From NCBI RefSeq assembly GCF_022846255.1, contig NZ_AP025682.1: 64,000 bases of DNA; one strand, 5' to 3'. Both the position numbers and the translations under genes were made by a program. This stretch comes from Escherichia coli (GTDB taxonomy: Bacteria; Pseudomonadota; Gammaproteobacteria; Enterobacterales; Enterobacteriaceae). The stretch's first letter is position 1; each line of letters begins with the position of its first letter. The notes under the pieces are model-generated. The model worked only from the letters and a program-made list of their open reading frames with translations, made no database searches and was not told the DNA's origin. This document shows positions 25,603-40,900 of the stretch, one piece after another.

Positions 25603-26550
25603 ATGGAAAACAGTGACGATATCCGTTTGATTGTGAAGATTGCCCAACTCTATTACGAACAGGATATGACGCAGGCGCAAATTGCGCGCGAACTGGGTAT
25701 TTACCGCACCACCATCAGCCGCTTGCTTAAACGAGGCCGCGATCAGGGAATTGTCACCATCGCCATCAACTATGACTACAACGAAAATCTCTGGCTGGAG
25801 CAGCAAGTGAAGCAAAAGTTTGGCCTGAAAGACGTTGTGGTGGTGTCAGGAAATGATGAGGATGAAGATACTCAACTGGCGATGATGGGGTTACACGGCG
25901 CGCAACTGCTGGATCGCTTGCTGGAACCTGGCGATATTGTCGGTTTTTCCTGGGGCCGCGCGGTGAGCGCACTGGTTGAAAACTTGCCGCAGGCGGGGCA
26001 ATCGCGGCAGTTAATTTGCGTGCCGATTATTGGCGGCCCGTCCGGTAAACTCGAAAGCCGCTATCACGTAAACACATTAACCTACAGCGCGGCAGCGAAG
26101 CTGAAAGGGGAATCGCATCTCGCGGATTTTCCGGCTCTGCTGGATAACCCATTAATTCGTAATGGGATCATGCAGTCTCAGCACTTTAAAACCATCTCTG
26201 CCTACTGGGATAATCTGGATGTCGCCCTGGTGGGAATTGGCTCACCGGCCATTCGCGACGGCGCTAACTGGCATGCGTTTTATGGTGGTGAAGAGAGTGA
26301 CGACCTGAATGCCCGCCAGGTTGCTGGCGATATTTGCTCGCGCTTTTTTGATATTCACGGCGCAATGGTTGAAACGAATATGAGCGAAAAAACACTCTCT
26401 ATCGAAATGAATAAATTAAAGCAGGCACGGTATTCCATTGGCATTGCCATGAGCGAAGAAAAATACAGCGGAATTGTTGGTGCACTGCGTGGAAAATATA
26501 TTAATTGTCTGGTAACGAATAGCAGCACAGCTGAACTATTACTGAAATAA
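25603..26550 (+). CDS. sorC: SorC-family transcriptional regulator of the L-sorbose operon, 315 aa
   Basis: ORF track 25519..26550; ATG at 25603 preceded by caggagg; N-terminal HTH (MTQAQIARELGIYRTTISRLLKRGR) plus sugar-phosphate-binding domain; heads a sorCDFBAME-like gene set. Confidence 0.85.
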   Translation: MENSDDIRLIVKIAQLYYEQDMTQAQIARELGIYRTTISRLLKRGRDQGIVTIAINYDYNENLWLEQQVKQKFGLKDVVVVSGNDEDEDTQLAMMGLHGAQLLDRLLEPGDIVGFSWGRAVSALVENLPQAGQSRQLICVPIIGGPSGKLESRYHVNTLTYSAAAKLKGESHLADFPALLDNPLIRNGIMQSQHFKTISAYWDNLDVALVGIGSPAIRDGANWHAFYGGEESDDLNARQVAGDICSRFFDIHGAMVETNMSEKTLSIEMNKLKQARYSIGIAMSEEKYSGIVGALRGKYINCLVTNSSTAELLLK

Positions 26551-26619
26551 AAATCTTCCCGATGTTTACCGTAATAAAAATTACGGCGGGTCCCTATTAT
26601 CTAAAATCAGGAGTCTGTT

Positions 26620-27426
26620 ATGCAAACGTGGTTAAATTTGCAGGATAAAATCATTATTGTCACCGGTGGCGCATCCGGTATTGGTCTGGCGATTGTAGAG
26701 GAATTATTAGCACAAGGCGCAAACGTACAGATGGTCGATATTCACGGTGGCGATGGTCAATATGAAGGTCATAAAGGCTATCAGTTTTGGCCGACCGATA
26801 TTTCCAGCGCCAAAGAGGTAAATCATACGGTAGCGGAAATTATCCAGCGTTTTGGTCGCATCGACGGTCTGGTCAATAACGCCGGGGTCAATTTCCCGCG
26901 TCTGCTGATCGACGAGAAAGCGCCTGCCGGGCAGTATGAACTCAACGAAGCTGCATTCGAAAAAATGGTCAATATCAACCAGAAAGGCGTTTTTCTGATG
27001 TCGCAGGCGGTGGCGCGACAGATGGTCAAACAACATGATGGCGTGATTGTGAATGTTTCCTCAGAAAGTGGGCTGGAAGGCTCAGAAGGCCAAAGCTGTT
27101 ACGCCGCGACCAAAGCCGCGCTCAATAGCTTCACGCGCTCCTGGTCGAAAGAGCTGGGTAAGCACGGTATCCGTGTGGTCGGTATCGCGCCAGGGATTCT
27201 GGAAAAAACAGGACTGCGCACGCCGGAATATGAAGAAGCGCTGGCGTGGACGCGCAATATCACCGTCGAGCAGCTGCGTGAAGGCTATACCAAAAATTCC
27301 ATTCCTATTGGGCGCGCCGGAAGATTAGCAGAAGTGGCTGATTTTGTTTGTTATCTGCTGTCTGAACGCGCCAGCTATATCACCGGAGTAACCACTAACA
27401 TTGCGGGCGGCAAAACGCGCGGCTAA
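26620..27426 (+). CDS. sorD: Sorbitol-6-phosphate 2-dehydrogenase-like short-chain dehydrogenase (SorD), 268 aa
   Basis: SDR Rossmann motif TGGASGIGLA and catalytic YxxxK (SCYAATKAALNSF); position after sorC. Confidence 0.8.
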   Translation: MQTWLNLQDKIIIVTGGASGIGLAIVEELLAQGANVQMVDIHGGDGQYEGHKGYQFWPTDISSAKEVNHTVAEIIQRFGRIDGLVNNAGVNFPRLLIDEKAPAGQYELNEAAFEKMVNINQKGVFLMSQAVARQMVKQHDGVIVNVSSESGLEGSEGQSCYAATKAALNSFTRSWSKELGKHGIRVVGIAPGILEKTGLRTPEYEEALAWTRNITVEQLREGYTKNSIPIGRAGRLAEVADFVCYLLSERASYITGVTTNIAGGKTRG

Positions 27427-27435
27427 GGAGGCTTT

Positions 27436-27843
27436 ATGGTCAACGCCATTTTTTGTGCGCATGGCAAATTAGCTTGCGCCATGCTGGAATCGGTTCAGAT
27501 GGTGTACGGCGATGCCAGGGTCGAGGCCGTTGAATTTGTGCCCGGCGAGAACGCCGGAGACATTGTGGCAAAGCTGGAGAAGTTAGTAAGCATTCACAAT
27601 CAAGATAAGTGGCTAATCGCCGTGGATTTACAGTGCGGCAGCCCGTGGAATGCGGCAGCGATGCTTGCGATGCGCAATCCTCGTCTGCGGGTAATCAGCG
27701 GCCTTTCTCTGCCGCTGGCGCTCGAACTGGTTGATAACCAGGACAGCATGAATGTTGATGAACTGTGTGAACACCTGACGCAAATCGCAAAGCAAACCTG
27801 CGTCGTCTGGAGACAGGTGGCAACAGCAGAGGAGGATTTCTGA
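27436..27843 (+). CDS. sorF: PTS mannose-family EIIA component for L-sorbose (SorF), 135 aa
   Basis: N-terminal AHGKLA region typical of EIIA-Man phosphohistidine domain; size and operon position. Confidence 0.85.
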   Translation: MVNAIFCAHGKLACAMLESVQMVYGDARVEAVEFVPGENAGDIVAKLEKLVSIHNQDKWLIAVDLQCGSPWNAAAMLAMRNPRLRVISGLSLPLALELVDNQDSMNVDELCEHLTQIAKQTCVVWRQVATAEEDF

Positions 27844-28337
27844 TGAACATTACGCTCGCCCGCATTGATGACCGCCTGATCCACGGCCAGGTCACTACCG
27901 TCTGGTCTAAAGTGGCTAACGCCCAACGCATTATTATCTGCAATGACGAAGTTTATAACGATGAAGTTCGCCGGACATTATTGCGTCAGGCTGCGCCACC
28001 GGGAATGAAGGTTAACGTGGTCAATATTGAAAAAGCCGTCGCGGTTTATCACAACCCGCAATATCAGGACGAAACCGTTTTTTATCTTTTCACTCGCCCA
28101 CAAGATGCCTTAGCAATGGTTCGCCAGGGGGTAAAAATAGGTACCCTGAATATTGGCGGTATGGCCTGGCGTCCTGGTAAGAAACAGTTAACCAAAGCAG
28201 TTTCATTAGATGACGATGATATTAACGCATTTCATGAGTTAAATAATCTTGGCGTCATACTGGATTTACGCGTCGTAGCGTCAGATCCCTCAATCAATAT
28301 TATCGACAAAATAAACGAACAGTTAATCGCAAATTAA
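27843..28337 (+). CDS. sorB: PTS mannose-family EIIB component for L-sorbose (SorB), 164 aa
   Basis: Conserved N-terminus RIDDRLIHGQV of EIIB-Man family; start overlaps sorF stop (ATGA). Confidence 0.85.
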   Translation: MNITLARIDDRLIHGQVTTVWSKVANAQRIIICNDEVYNDEVRRTLLRQAAPPGMKVNVVNIEKAVAVYHNPQYQDETVFYLFTRPQDALAMVRQGVKIGTLNIGGMAWRPGKKQLTKAVSLDDDDINAFHELNNLGVILDLRVVASDPSINIIDKINEQLIAN

Positions 28338-28402
28338 ATAATAGCGCCTGTGTACATATGCTTTAACAGGCAGGGATGACGACACTTAAAAGGTGACAAA
28401 TT

Positions 28403-29200
28403 ATGGAAATAAGTACCCTACAAATCATTGCTATATTTCTTTTTTCCTGTATTGCCGGAATGGGCAGCGTGCTGGATGAATTTCAGACTCATCGTCCGTT
28501 AATTGCCTGTACGGTGATTGGCTTAATTCTCGGTGATTTAAAAACCGGAATTATGCTCGGTGGTACGCTGGAATTGATAGCTCTCGGCTGGATGAACGTC
28601 GGCGCGGCGCAATCTCCGGATTCTGCACTCGCCAGCATAATCTCCGCCATTCTGGTTATCGTTGGTCAGCAAAGCATCGCCACCGGAATCGCCATCGCGT
28701 TGCCTGTGGCTGCGGCAGGCCAGGTGCTGACGGTGTTTGCCCGTACCATCACCGTAGTGTTCCAGCACGCGGCGGATAAAGCAGCGGAAGAAGCACGGTT
28801 TCGCACTCTCGATATTCTGCATGTCTCCGCGCTTGGCGTGCAGGCACTGCGCGTTGCTATTCCGGCACTGATTGTCTCGCTGTTCGTCAGCGCTGATATG
28901 GTGAGCAATATGCTGAGCGCCATTCCCGAATTTGTGACCCGTGGGCTGCAGATTGCTGGCGGTTTTATCGTGGTGGTCGGTTACGCCATGGTGCTTCGCA
29001 TGATGGGCGTGAAATATTTGATGCCTTTCTTTTTCCTCGGTTTCCTCGCAGGTGGCTACCTCGATCTCAGTCTGCTGGCGTTCGGTGGCGTCGGCGTGAT
29101 CATGGCCCTGCTCTACATCCAGTTAAATCCACAGTGGCGTAAAGCTGAACCACATCCCCAGACCACCACTATCACCGCCCTTGACCAACTTGATGATTAA
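28403..29200 (+). CDS. sorA: PTS mannose-family EIIC component for L-sorbose (SorA), 265 aa
   Basis: Multi-TM permease with EIIC-Man-like length, between EIIB and EIID genes. Confidence 0.85.
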   Translation: MEISTLQIIAIFLFSCIAGMGSVLDEFQTHRPLIACTVIGLILGDLKTGIMLGGTLELIALGWMNVGAAQSPDSALASIISAILVIVGQQSIATGIAIALPVAAAGQVLTVFARTITVVFQHAADKAAEEARFRTLDILHVSALGVQALRVAIPALIVSLFVSADMVSNMLSAIPEFVTRGLQIAGGFIVVVGYAMVLRMMGVKYLMPFFFLGFLAGGYLDLSLLAFGGVGVIMALLYIQLNPQWRKAEPHPQTTTITALDQLDD

Positions 29201-29210
29201 CGGAGCCATC

Positions 29211-30035
29211 ATGGAACAGAGAAAAATTACACGCAGCGATCTGGTGAGCATGTTTCTGCGCTCCAACCTGCAACAGGCGTCCTTTAACTTTGAACGTATT
29301 CACGGGCTGGGTTTTTGCTACGACATGATCCCCGCCATCAAGCGACTTTACCCATTAAAAGAGGATCAGGTTGCGGCGCTCAGGCGACACCTGGTGTTCT
29401 TCAATACCACGCCAGCCGTATGTGGCCCGGTCATCGGCGTCACTGCCGCCATGGAAGAGGCGCGGGCCAACGGCGCGGAAATTGATGACGGTACCATTAA
29501 CGGCATCAAAGTCGGTCTGATGGGACCATTGGCAGGAGTTGGCGATCCACTGGTCTGGGGAACGCTGCGCCCGATTACCGCCGCGCTCGGCGCATCTCTG
29601 GCACTTTCGGGCAACATTCTCGGCCCGCTGCTGTTTTTCTTTATTTTCAACGCGGTGCGTCTGGCGATGAAGTGGTATGGCCTACAACTCGGCTTTCGCA
29701 AAGGGGTGAATATCGTCAGCGATATGGGCGGTAATTTGCTGCAAAAACTCACCGAAGGCGCGTCGATTCTCGGACTGTTTGTGATGGGCGTGCTGGTGAC
29801 CAAATGGACGTCAATCAACGTACCGTTGGTGGTTTCACAAACGCATGCCGCCGATGGCTCCACCGTCACCATGACCGTGCAGAACATTCTCGACCAACTT
29901 TGCCCTGGTTTGCTGGCGCTCGGTCTGACGCTACTGATGGTTCGTCTGCTCAACAAAAAAATTAACCCGGTATGGCTGATTTTCGCCCTGTTTGGCTTAG
30001 GGATTATCGGCAATGCGCTGGGCTTCCTGTCCTGA
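29211..30035 (+). CDS. sorM: PTS mannose-family EIID component for L-sorbose (SorM), 274 aa
   Basis: ORF track 29181..30035; ATG at 29211 after cggag SD; EIID-Man-like hydrophilic N-terminus then TM segments. Confidence 0.85.
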   Translation: MEQRKITRSDLVSMFLRSNLQQASFNFERIHGLGFCYDMIPAIKRLYPLKEDQVAALRRHLVFFNTTPAVCGPVIGVTAAMEEARANGAEIDDGTINGIKVGLMGPLAGVGDPLVWGTLRPITAALGASLALSGNILGPLLFFFIFNAVRLAMKWYGLQLGFRKGVNIVSDMGGNLLQKLTEGASILGLFVMGVLVTKWTSINVPLVVSQTHAADGSTVTMTVQNILDQLCPGLLALGLTLLMVRLLNKKINPVWLIFALFGLGIIGNALGFLS

Positions 30036-30086
30036 TTCTTCGCCCCGGCACGACTGCCGGGGCCATCGCTCAACATGAGGTGGTTT

Positions 30087-31316
30087 ATGAAAACAACAGC
30101 TCTGCGTCTTTATGGCAAACGTGACCTGCGTCTGGAAACCTTTGACCTTCCTGAAATGCAGGAGGATGAAATCCTCGCAACGGTGGTCACTGACAGCCTG
30201 TGCCTCTCTTCCTGGAAAGAGGCCAATCTGGGTGAAAACCATAAAAAAGTACCCGACGATGTGGCGACCAATCCCATCATCATCGGCCACGAATTTTGCG
30301 GCGATATTCTGGCCGTGGGTAAAAAGTGGCAGCACAAATTCCAGCCGGGTCAGCGTTATGTGATTCAGGCCAACCTGCAACTCCCCGACCGCCCGGATTG
30401 CCCCGGCTACTCCTTCCCGTGGGTAGGCGGCGAAGCGACGCATGTGGTTATTCCCAACGAGGTCATGGAACATGATTGCCTGCTGGCATACGACGGCGAA
30501 ACCTATTTTGAAGGCTCGCTGGTTGAACCGCTTTCCTGCGTGATTGGCGCGTTCAACGCCAACTATCATCTTCAGGAAGGTAGTTATAACCACACGATGG
30601 GGATTCGCCCGCAAGGGCGCACGCTGATACTCGGCGGCACCGGCCCGATGGGGCTGCTGGCGATTGATTATGCGCTACATGGACCCGTTAACCCGTCGCT
30701 GCTCGTCATTACCGATACCGACAACGACAAATTGAGTTATGCACGCAAGCACTATCCATCAGAACCACAAACACTGATTCATTATCTCAATGCCGCCGAT
30801 GCAGCATTTGATACGTTAATGGCACTGAGTGGCGGTCACGGCTTCGATGATATTTTCGTCTTTGTGCCTAATGAAGGACTGGTGACTCTCGCCTCTTCCT
30901 TGCTGGCGACAGATGGTTGTCTGAATTTCTTCGCCGGACCGCAGGATAAGCACTTCAGCGCGCCAATTAATTTCTACGATGTGCATTATGCATTTACCCA
31001 CTACGTGGGCACGTCAGGCGGCAATACCGACGACATGCGCGCAGCGGTCAAATTGATTGAAGAGAAAAAAGTGCAGGCCGCAAAAGTGGTAACACATATT
31101 CTTGGGCTGAATGCCGCGGGCGAAACCACGCTTGAATTGCCTGCCGTCGGCGGCGGCAAAAAGCTGGTGTATACCGGGAAATACCTGCCGCTGACGTCAC
31201 TCACGCAGATTCAGGATCAAGCACTGGCGGTGATTCTGGCGCATCATCAGGGGATCTGGTCCGGTGAGGCGGAGCAATACCTGCTCGCCCATGCAGAGGC
31301 AATTTCCCATGATTAA
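30087..31316 (+). CDS. sorE: Sorbose-1-phosphate reductase-like zinc-dependent alcohol dehydrogenase family protein (SorE), 409 aa
   Basis: ORF track 30075..31316; ATG at 30087 after gaggtgg; MDR/zinc-ADH-like sequence (GHEFCGDIL, Rossmann GGTGPMG). Confidence 0.8.
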   Translation: MKTTALRLYGKRDLRLETFDLPEMQEDEILATVVTDSLCLSSWKEANLGENHKKVPDDVATNPIIIGHEFCGDILAVGKKWQHKFQPGQRYVIQANLQLPDRPDCPGYSFPWVGGEATHVVIPNEVMEHDCLLAYDGETYFEGSLVEPLSCVIGAFNANYHLQEGSYNHTMGIRPQGRTLILGGTGPMGLLAIDYALHGPVNPSLLVITDTDNDKLSYARKHYPSEPQTLIHYLNAADAAFDTLMALSGGHGFDDIFVFVPNEGLVTLASSLLATDGCLNFFAGPQDKHFSAPINFYDVHYAFTHYVGTSGGNTDDMRAAVKLIEEKKVQAAKVVTHILGLNAAGETTLELPAVGGGKKLVYTGKYLPLTSLTQIQDQALAVILAHHQGIWSGEAEQYLLAHAEAISHD

Positions 31317-31475
31317 TCGCGCTACTTAACTCTGCATGTCGCTGGCTGGTCGCCGCGGCAACTTCGCGACCTGATGTGCGGCTGATTGCTGAAGCGGCAC
31401 AATGTGCACGAGAAGGATAAAAAAACATCAGCGCCTTAAGGGGCGCTCAAATTGGTGGCAAAGTGCACATTGTTT

Positions 31476-31574
31476 ATGCCGGATACGGAATGAAGCCTTA
31501 TCCGGCCTACATAATCTTGAAAATTCAATATATTGCAGTTATCTGGTAGGCCAGGTAAGCGTAGCGCATCAGGC
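31476..31574. repeat. REP/BIME units between sorE and pepE
   Basis: atgccggatacggaatgaagccttatccggcctac and ggtaggccaggtaagcgtagcgcatcaggca. Confidence 0.7.
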
Positions 31575-31697
31575 AATCCTGTGTTTGTCATCAGTCTCAG
31601 CGCCTGTGCAATATGTGACATCGTGAGCCATGTCAGTAAGTGGTTAAATTCGCAGTGGTAGCATTCCTTCCGTGTTTTCTTACTAACCGGAGAAGTA

Positions 31698-32387
31698 ATG
31701 GAACTGCTTTTATTGAGTAACTCGACGCTGCCGGGTAAAGCCTGGCTGGAACACGCGCTGCCGCTGATTGCTGAACAGTTGCAGGGTCGCCGTTCTGCGG
31801 TATTTATTCCTTTCGCTGGCGTAACGCAGACCTGGGATGATTACACAGCGAAAACGGCTGCGGTTCTCGCTCCGCTGGGTGTTTCTGTCACCGGTATTCA
31901 TAGCGTTGTCGATCCCGTTGCCGCGATTGAAAATGCGGAAATTGTGATTGTCGGCGGCGGTAATACTTTCCAGTTGCTGAAACAGTGCCGCGAGCGCGGG
32001 CTGCTGGCACCCATTACTGACGTGGTGAAACGTGGCGCGCTGTATATTGGCTGGAGCGCAGGCGCTAACCTTGCTTGCCCAACCATTCGTACCACCAACG
32101 ATATGCCGATTGTCGATCCGCAAGGTTTCGATGCGCTAAATCTGTTCCCGCTGCAAATCAACCCGCACTTCACCAACGCGCTGCCGGAAGGCCATAAAGG
32201 TGAAACCCGTGAGCAGCGTATTCGCGAACTGCTGGTCGTCGCGCCAGAACTGACGATTATTGGTCTGCCGGAAGGTAACTGGATCACAGTAAGTAAAGGT
32301 CACGCTACGCTGGGTGGCCCGAACACCACTTATGTGTTTAAGGCTGGTGAAGAAGCGGTGCCGCTGGAAGCGGGTCACCGTTTTTAA
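31698..32387 (+). CDS. pepE: Alpha-aspartyl dipeptidase PepE (peptidase E), 229 aa
   Basis: Translation [50 protein letters not shown]; S51 peptidase with Ser nucleophile context GWSAGAN. Confidence 0.92.
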
Positions 32388-32425
32388 GTGAATTGCCGGA
32401 TACATGATCCGGCATCTTGTTCATA

Positions 32426-32461
32426 GTGCCTGATGCGACGCTTTACGCGTCTTATCAGGCC
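32426..32461. repeat. Single REP unit between pepE and yjbB
   Basis: gtgcctgatgcgacgctttacgcgtcttatcaggcc. Confidence 0.65.
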
Positions 32462-32476
32462 TTCAGGGTCACGGTA

Positions 32477-34108
32477 TTAATACTCGTCCCGTCCTTCATC
32501 TTCATCCGGCTGTTCCAGCACACTGTAAGCCACCGAACAAAACAGCGAGTTCAGACGCTGCATATCTCCCAGTAAGCCTAAATGTAGCGAACTGGTTTCA
32601 ATACTCTGCACGTTTTGCTGGTGCAGGCGATCGACGTGGGCGTGGGAATAGCGGCGATTAAGAATGCGAAAACGATGTTTGCTGCGGCGCAAACGACGGG
32701 CGCTGGTAACATCGCCAGAGAAGAAAACCGACATTGCCAGTTTTAAATTACTGAGCAATTGCTCATAGAGCGCATCCAGTTCCTTCAAGCCATCAAGCGA
32801 AAATGCTCGCCTTGCTGCCAGCGATTTGTCGGCAATTTCACTCCCCATGCGCTCGACGATATCGGAGGCCTGTTCAAGGTTGAGCGACATTTCGATGATC
32901 TCCGCCCAGCGGCGCGACTCTTCTTCTGCCAGTTCCTCTTTTGGCATCCGCGCCAGATACAGCTTAATGGCGGTATAGAGAACGTTGATGTCATCAGCCA
33001 GCTTACGCAGCTCTTTCTCCTGCCGTGGCTCGCCGTGCATCACTTTATTCAGCCCTTCCATCATCTGTTCCATGGCGTCGCCAATGCGCAGGGTTTCGCG
33101 GGCAGCGTTCGCCAGAGCAAGCGTGGGCGTATCCAGCGCGCTGACATCCAGATGTTTAGGCCGTAGCTGGGTATCCAGTTCCGGTTCATCGCGAATAATC
33201 GTTTTGCAAAACCGTGCCATCGGGTCAACGAATGGCAACATGACCAGGCAGCGTACAAGGTTGTAGAAGACGTGGAAATAGATCACCAATTCCGCTTTTG
33301 GCAATGGCAACTTCCCCATTGTCTCTGCCAGCAAATGAACAAACGGCAGGATAATCAGGCTACCCACCAGCTTAAACAGCAGGCTACCCAGCGCGACACG
33401 GCGGGCTGCGGCATTGGCGGCACTGTTGTTGAGCATCGCCAGCAGGCCGGAACCGAGGTTTGCACCAATCACCAGACAAAGCGCCACTGGGAAAGAGATA
33501 ATGCCTGCGGCGGTCAGAGTCGCGGTCAGCAGTACCGCGGCAAGGCTGGAGTAGCTGATAATGGCGAACATCGCACCAATCAGCGCATCCAGCAAAATGT
33601 CGCCAGTCAGCGAGGCAAAGATCACCTGAACGCCGTTTGCCTGAGTGATCGGCGTTACGGCCTGCACAATCAACTCCAGCGCCAGTAAAATCAGCCCAAG
33701 ACCAATACCGACGCGGCCCAGTTGCCCGGCGCGTGACTGTTTGCGTCCGAGGAAAAAAATCACGCCGATAAAAATAAGTAACGGTGACAGCCAGGATAAA
33801 TCGAAGGTGAGAATACGCGCCATCAGCGCCGTCCCGACATCTGCACCCAGCACAATCACCAGCGCAGGCGCGAGAGCAACCAGATCCTGAGCGACGAACG
33901 AGGTCACCAGCATGGTGGTGGCATTACTGCTCTGCACCAGTGCGGTAACGCCTATCCCCGCGCAAAAGGCGAGCGGCTTCTTTTCGACGCTCCGGCTAAG
34001 GACAGTACGCAGACGCGCGCCGAAGACGCGCATTACGCCTGTTCGAACAATATGAGTCCCCCAGACCAGCAGGGCGACGGCAGAAAGCAGGTGAAGCAGC
34101 GTTAACAC
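32477..34108 (-). CDS. yjbB: Na+/phosphate symporter family protein YjbB, 543 aa
   Basis: Multi-TM N-terminal half plus PhoU-like C-terminal domain; length and position match remembered yjbB. Confidence 0.88.
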   Translation of the reverse strand: MLTLLHLLSAVALLVWGTHIVRTGVMRVFGARLRTVLSRSVEKKPLAFCAGIGVTALVQSSNATTMLVTSFVAQDLVALAPALVIVLGADVGTALMARILTFDLSWLSPLLIFIGVIFFLGRKQSRAGQLGRVGIGLGLILLALELIVQAVTPITQANGVQVIFASLTGDILLDALIGAMFAIISYSSLAAVLLTATLTAAGIISFPVALCLVIGANLGSGLLAMLNNSAANAAARRVALGSLLFKLVGSLIILPFVHLLAETMGKLPLPKAELVIYFHVFYNLVRCLVMLPFVDPMARFCKTIIRDEPELDTQLRPKHLDVSALDTPTLALANAARETLRIGDAMEQMMEGLNKVMHGEPRQEKELRKLADDINVLYTAIKLYLARMPKEELAEEESRRWAEIIEMSLNLEQASDIVERMGSEIADKSLAARRAFSLDGLKELDALYEQLLSNLKLAMSVFFSGDVTSARRLRRSKHRFRILNRRYSHAHVDRLHQQNVQSIETSSLHLGLLGDMQRLNSLFCSVAYSVLEQPDEDEGRDEY

Positions 34109-34327
34109 GAGTTCAGGTTCTCCTTATCGTTATATGTTCCTGAAGCAATTGAATGACCAAAGGACCGGAAACACGCTGACTGGCATCTTTACTGTGCCTT
34201 TTGACCTTCGTTTTTCCGGCTAAGATTATTCCAGCCTGTTTCCAGTATAAGTGTTTCATATTAATAAAGAGACAGGGCACTCATTGAGCGCCCTGTTTGT
34301 TGTAAGGAAAAGTGACAGATTTGTGAA

Positions 34328-38011
<3,684 letters not shown>

Positions 38012-38172
38012 ACTTGCTCCCGACACGCTTAACCCAGATTTAATAAAAATTCAACAAACCATACTGGCATAAACGCATCTGTGGTAAAAGCGACCACCAC
38101 GCAACATGAGATTTGTTCAACATTAACTCATCGGATCTGTTCAGCAACTATTGCATTCGCTGATAATAAAAA

Positions 38173-38187
38173 TGAAAATGATTTCCA
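38173..38187 (+). promoter_or_regulatory. IclR-box-like palindrome in iclR promoter (autoregulation site)
   Basis: tgaaaatgatttcca matches remembered IclR box TGGAAATNATTTCCA at 14 of 15 positions, about 25 bp upstream of iclR ATG. Confidence 0.6.
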
Positions 38188-38210
38188 CGATACAGAAAAA
38201 GGAGACTGTC

Positions 38211-39035
38211 ATGGTCGCACCCATTCCCGCGAAACGCGGCAGAAAACCCGCCGTTGCCACCGCACCAGCGACTGGACAGGTTCAGTCTTTAACGCGTGGC
38301 CTGAAATTACTGGAGTGGATTGCCGAATCCAATGGCAGTGTGGCACTCACGGAGCTGGCGCAACAAGCCGGGTTACCCAATTCCACGACCCACCGCCTGC
38401 TAACCACGATGCAACAGCAGGGTTTCGTGCGTCAGGTTGGCGAACTGGGACACTGGGCAATCGGCGCACATGCCTTTATGGTCGGCAGCAGCTTTCTCCA
38501 GAGCCGTAATTTGTTAGCAATTGTTCACCCTATCCTGCGCAATCTAATGGAAGAGTCTGGCGAAACGGTCAATATGGCGGTGCTTGATCAAAGCGATCAT
38601 GAAGCGATTATTATCGACCAGGTACAGTGTACCCACCTGATGCGAATGTCCGCGCCTATCGGCGGTAAATTACCTATGCACGCTTCCGGTGCGGGTAAAG
38701 CCTTTTTAGCCCAACTGAGCGAAGAACAGGTGACGAAGCTGCTGCACCGCAAAGGGTTACATGCCTATACCCACGCAACGCTGGTGTCTCCTGTGCATTT
38801 AAAAGAAGATCTCGCCCAAACGCGCAAACGGGGTTATTCATTTGACGATGAGGAACATGCGCTGGGGCTACGTTGCCTTGCAGCCTGTATTTTCGATGAG
38901 CACCGCGAACCGTTTGCCGCAATTTCAATTTCCGGACCGATTTCACGTATTACCGATGACCGCGTGACCGAGTTTGGCGCGATGGTGATTAAAGCGGCGA
39001 AGGAAGTGACGCTGGCGTACGGTGGAATACGCTGA
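38211..39035 (+). CDS. iclR: Glyoxylate-bypass repressor IclR, 274 aa
   Basis: ORF track 38151..39035; start at MVAPIPAKRGRKPAVATAPATGQVQSLTRGLKLLEWIAESNGSVALTELAQQAGLPNSTTHRLL. Confidence 0.93.
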   Translation: MVAPIPAKRGRKPAVATAPATGQVQSLTRGLKLLEWIAESNGSVALTELAQQAGLPNSTTHRLLTTMQQQGFVRQVGELGHWAIGAHAFMVGSSFLQSRNLLAIVHPILRNLMEESGETVNMAVLDQSDHEAIIIDQVQCTHLMRMSAPIGGKLPMHASGAGKAFLAQLSEEQVTKLLHRKGLHAYTHATLVSPVHLKEDLAQTRKRGYSFDDEEHALGLRCLAACIFDEHREPFAAISISGPISRITDDRVTEFGAMVIKAAKEVTLAYGGIR

Positions 39036-39051
39036 CTTTTTCGCCTCTGAT

Positions 39052-40877
<1,826 letters not shown>

Positions 40878-40900
40878 AGTCAGCAACGTTTATCGGTTGC

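Noticed and set aside
25256-31697. Possibility that the sor block is a mobile genomic island
   Set aside because: No integrase, transposase, direct-repeat att sites or tRNA target were found at either boundary; better described as a recombination-exchanged accessory operon
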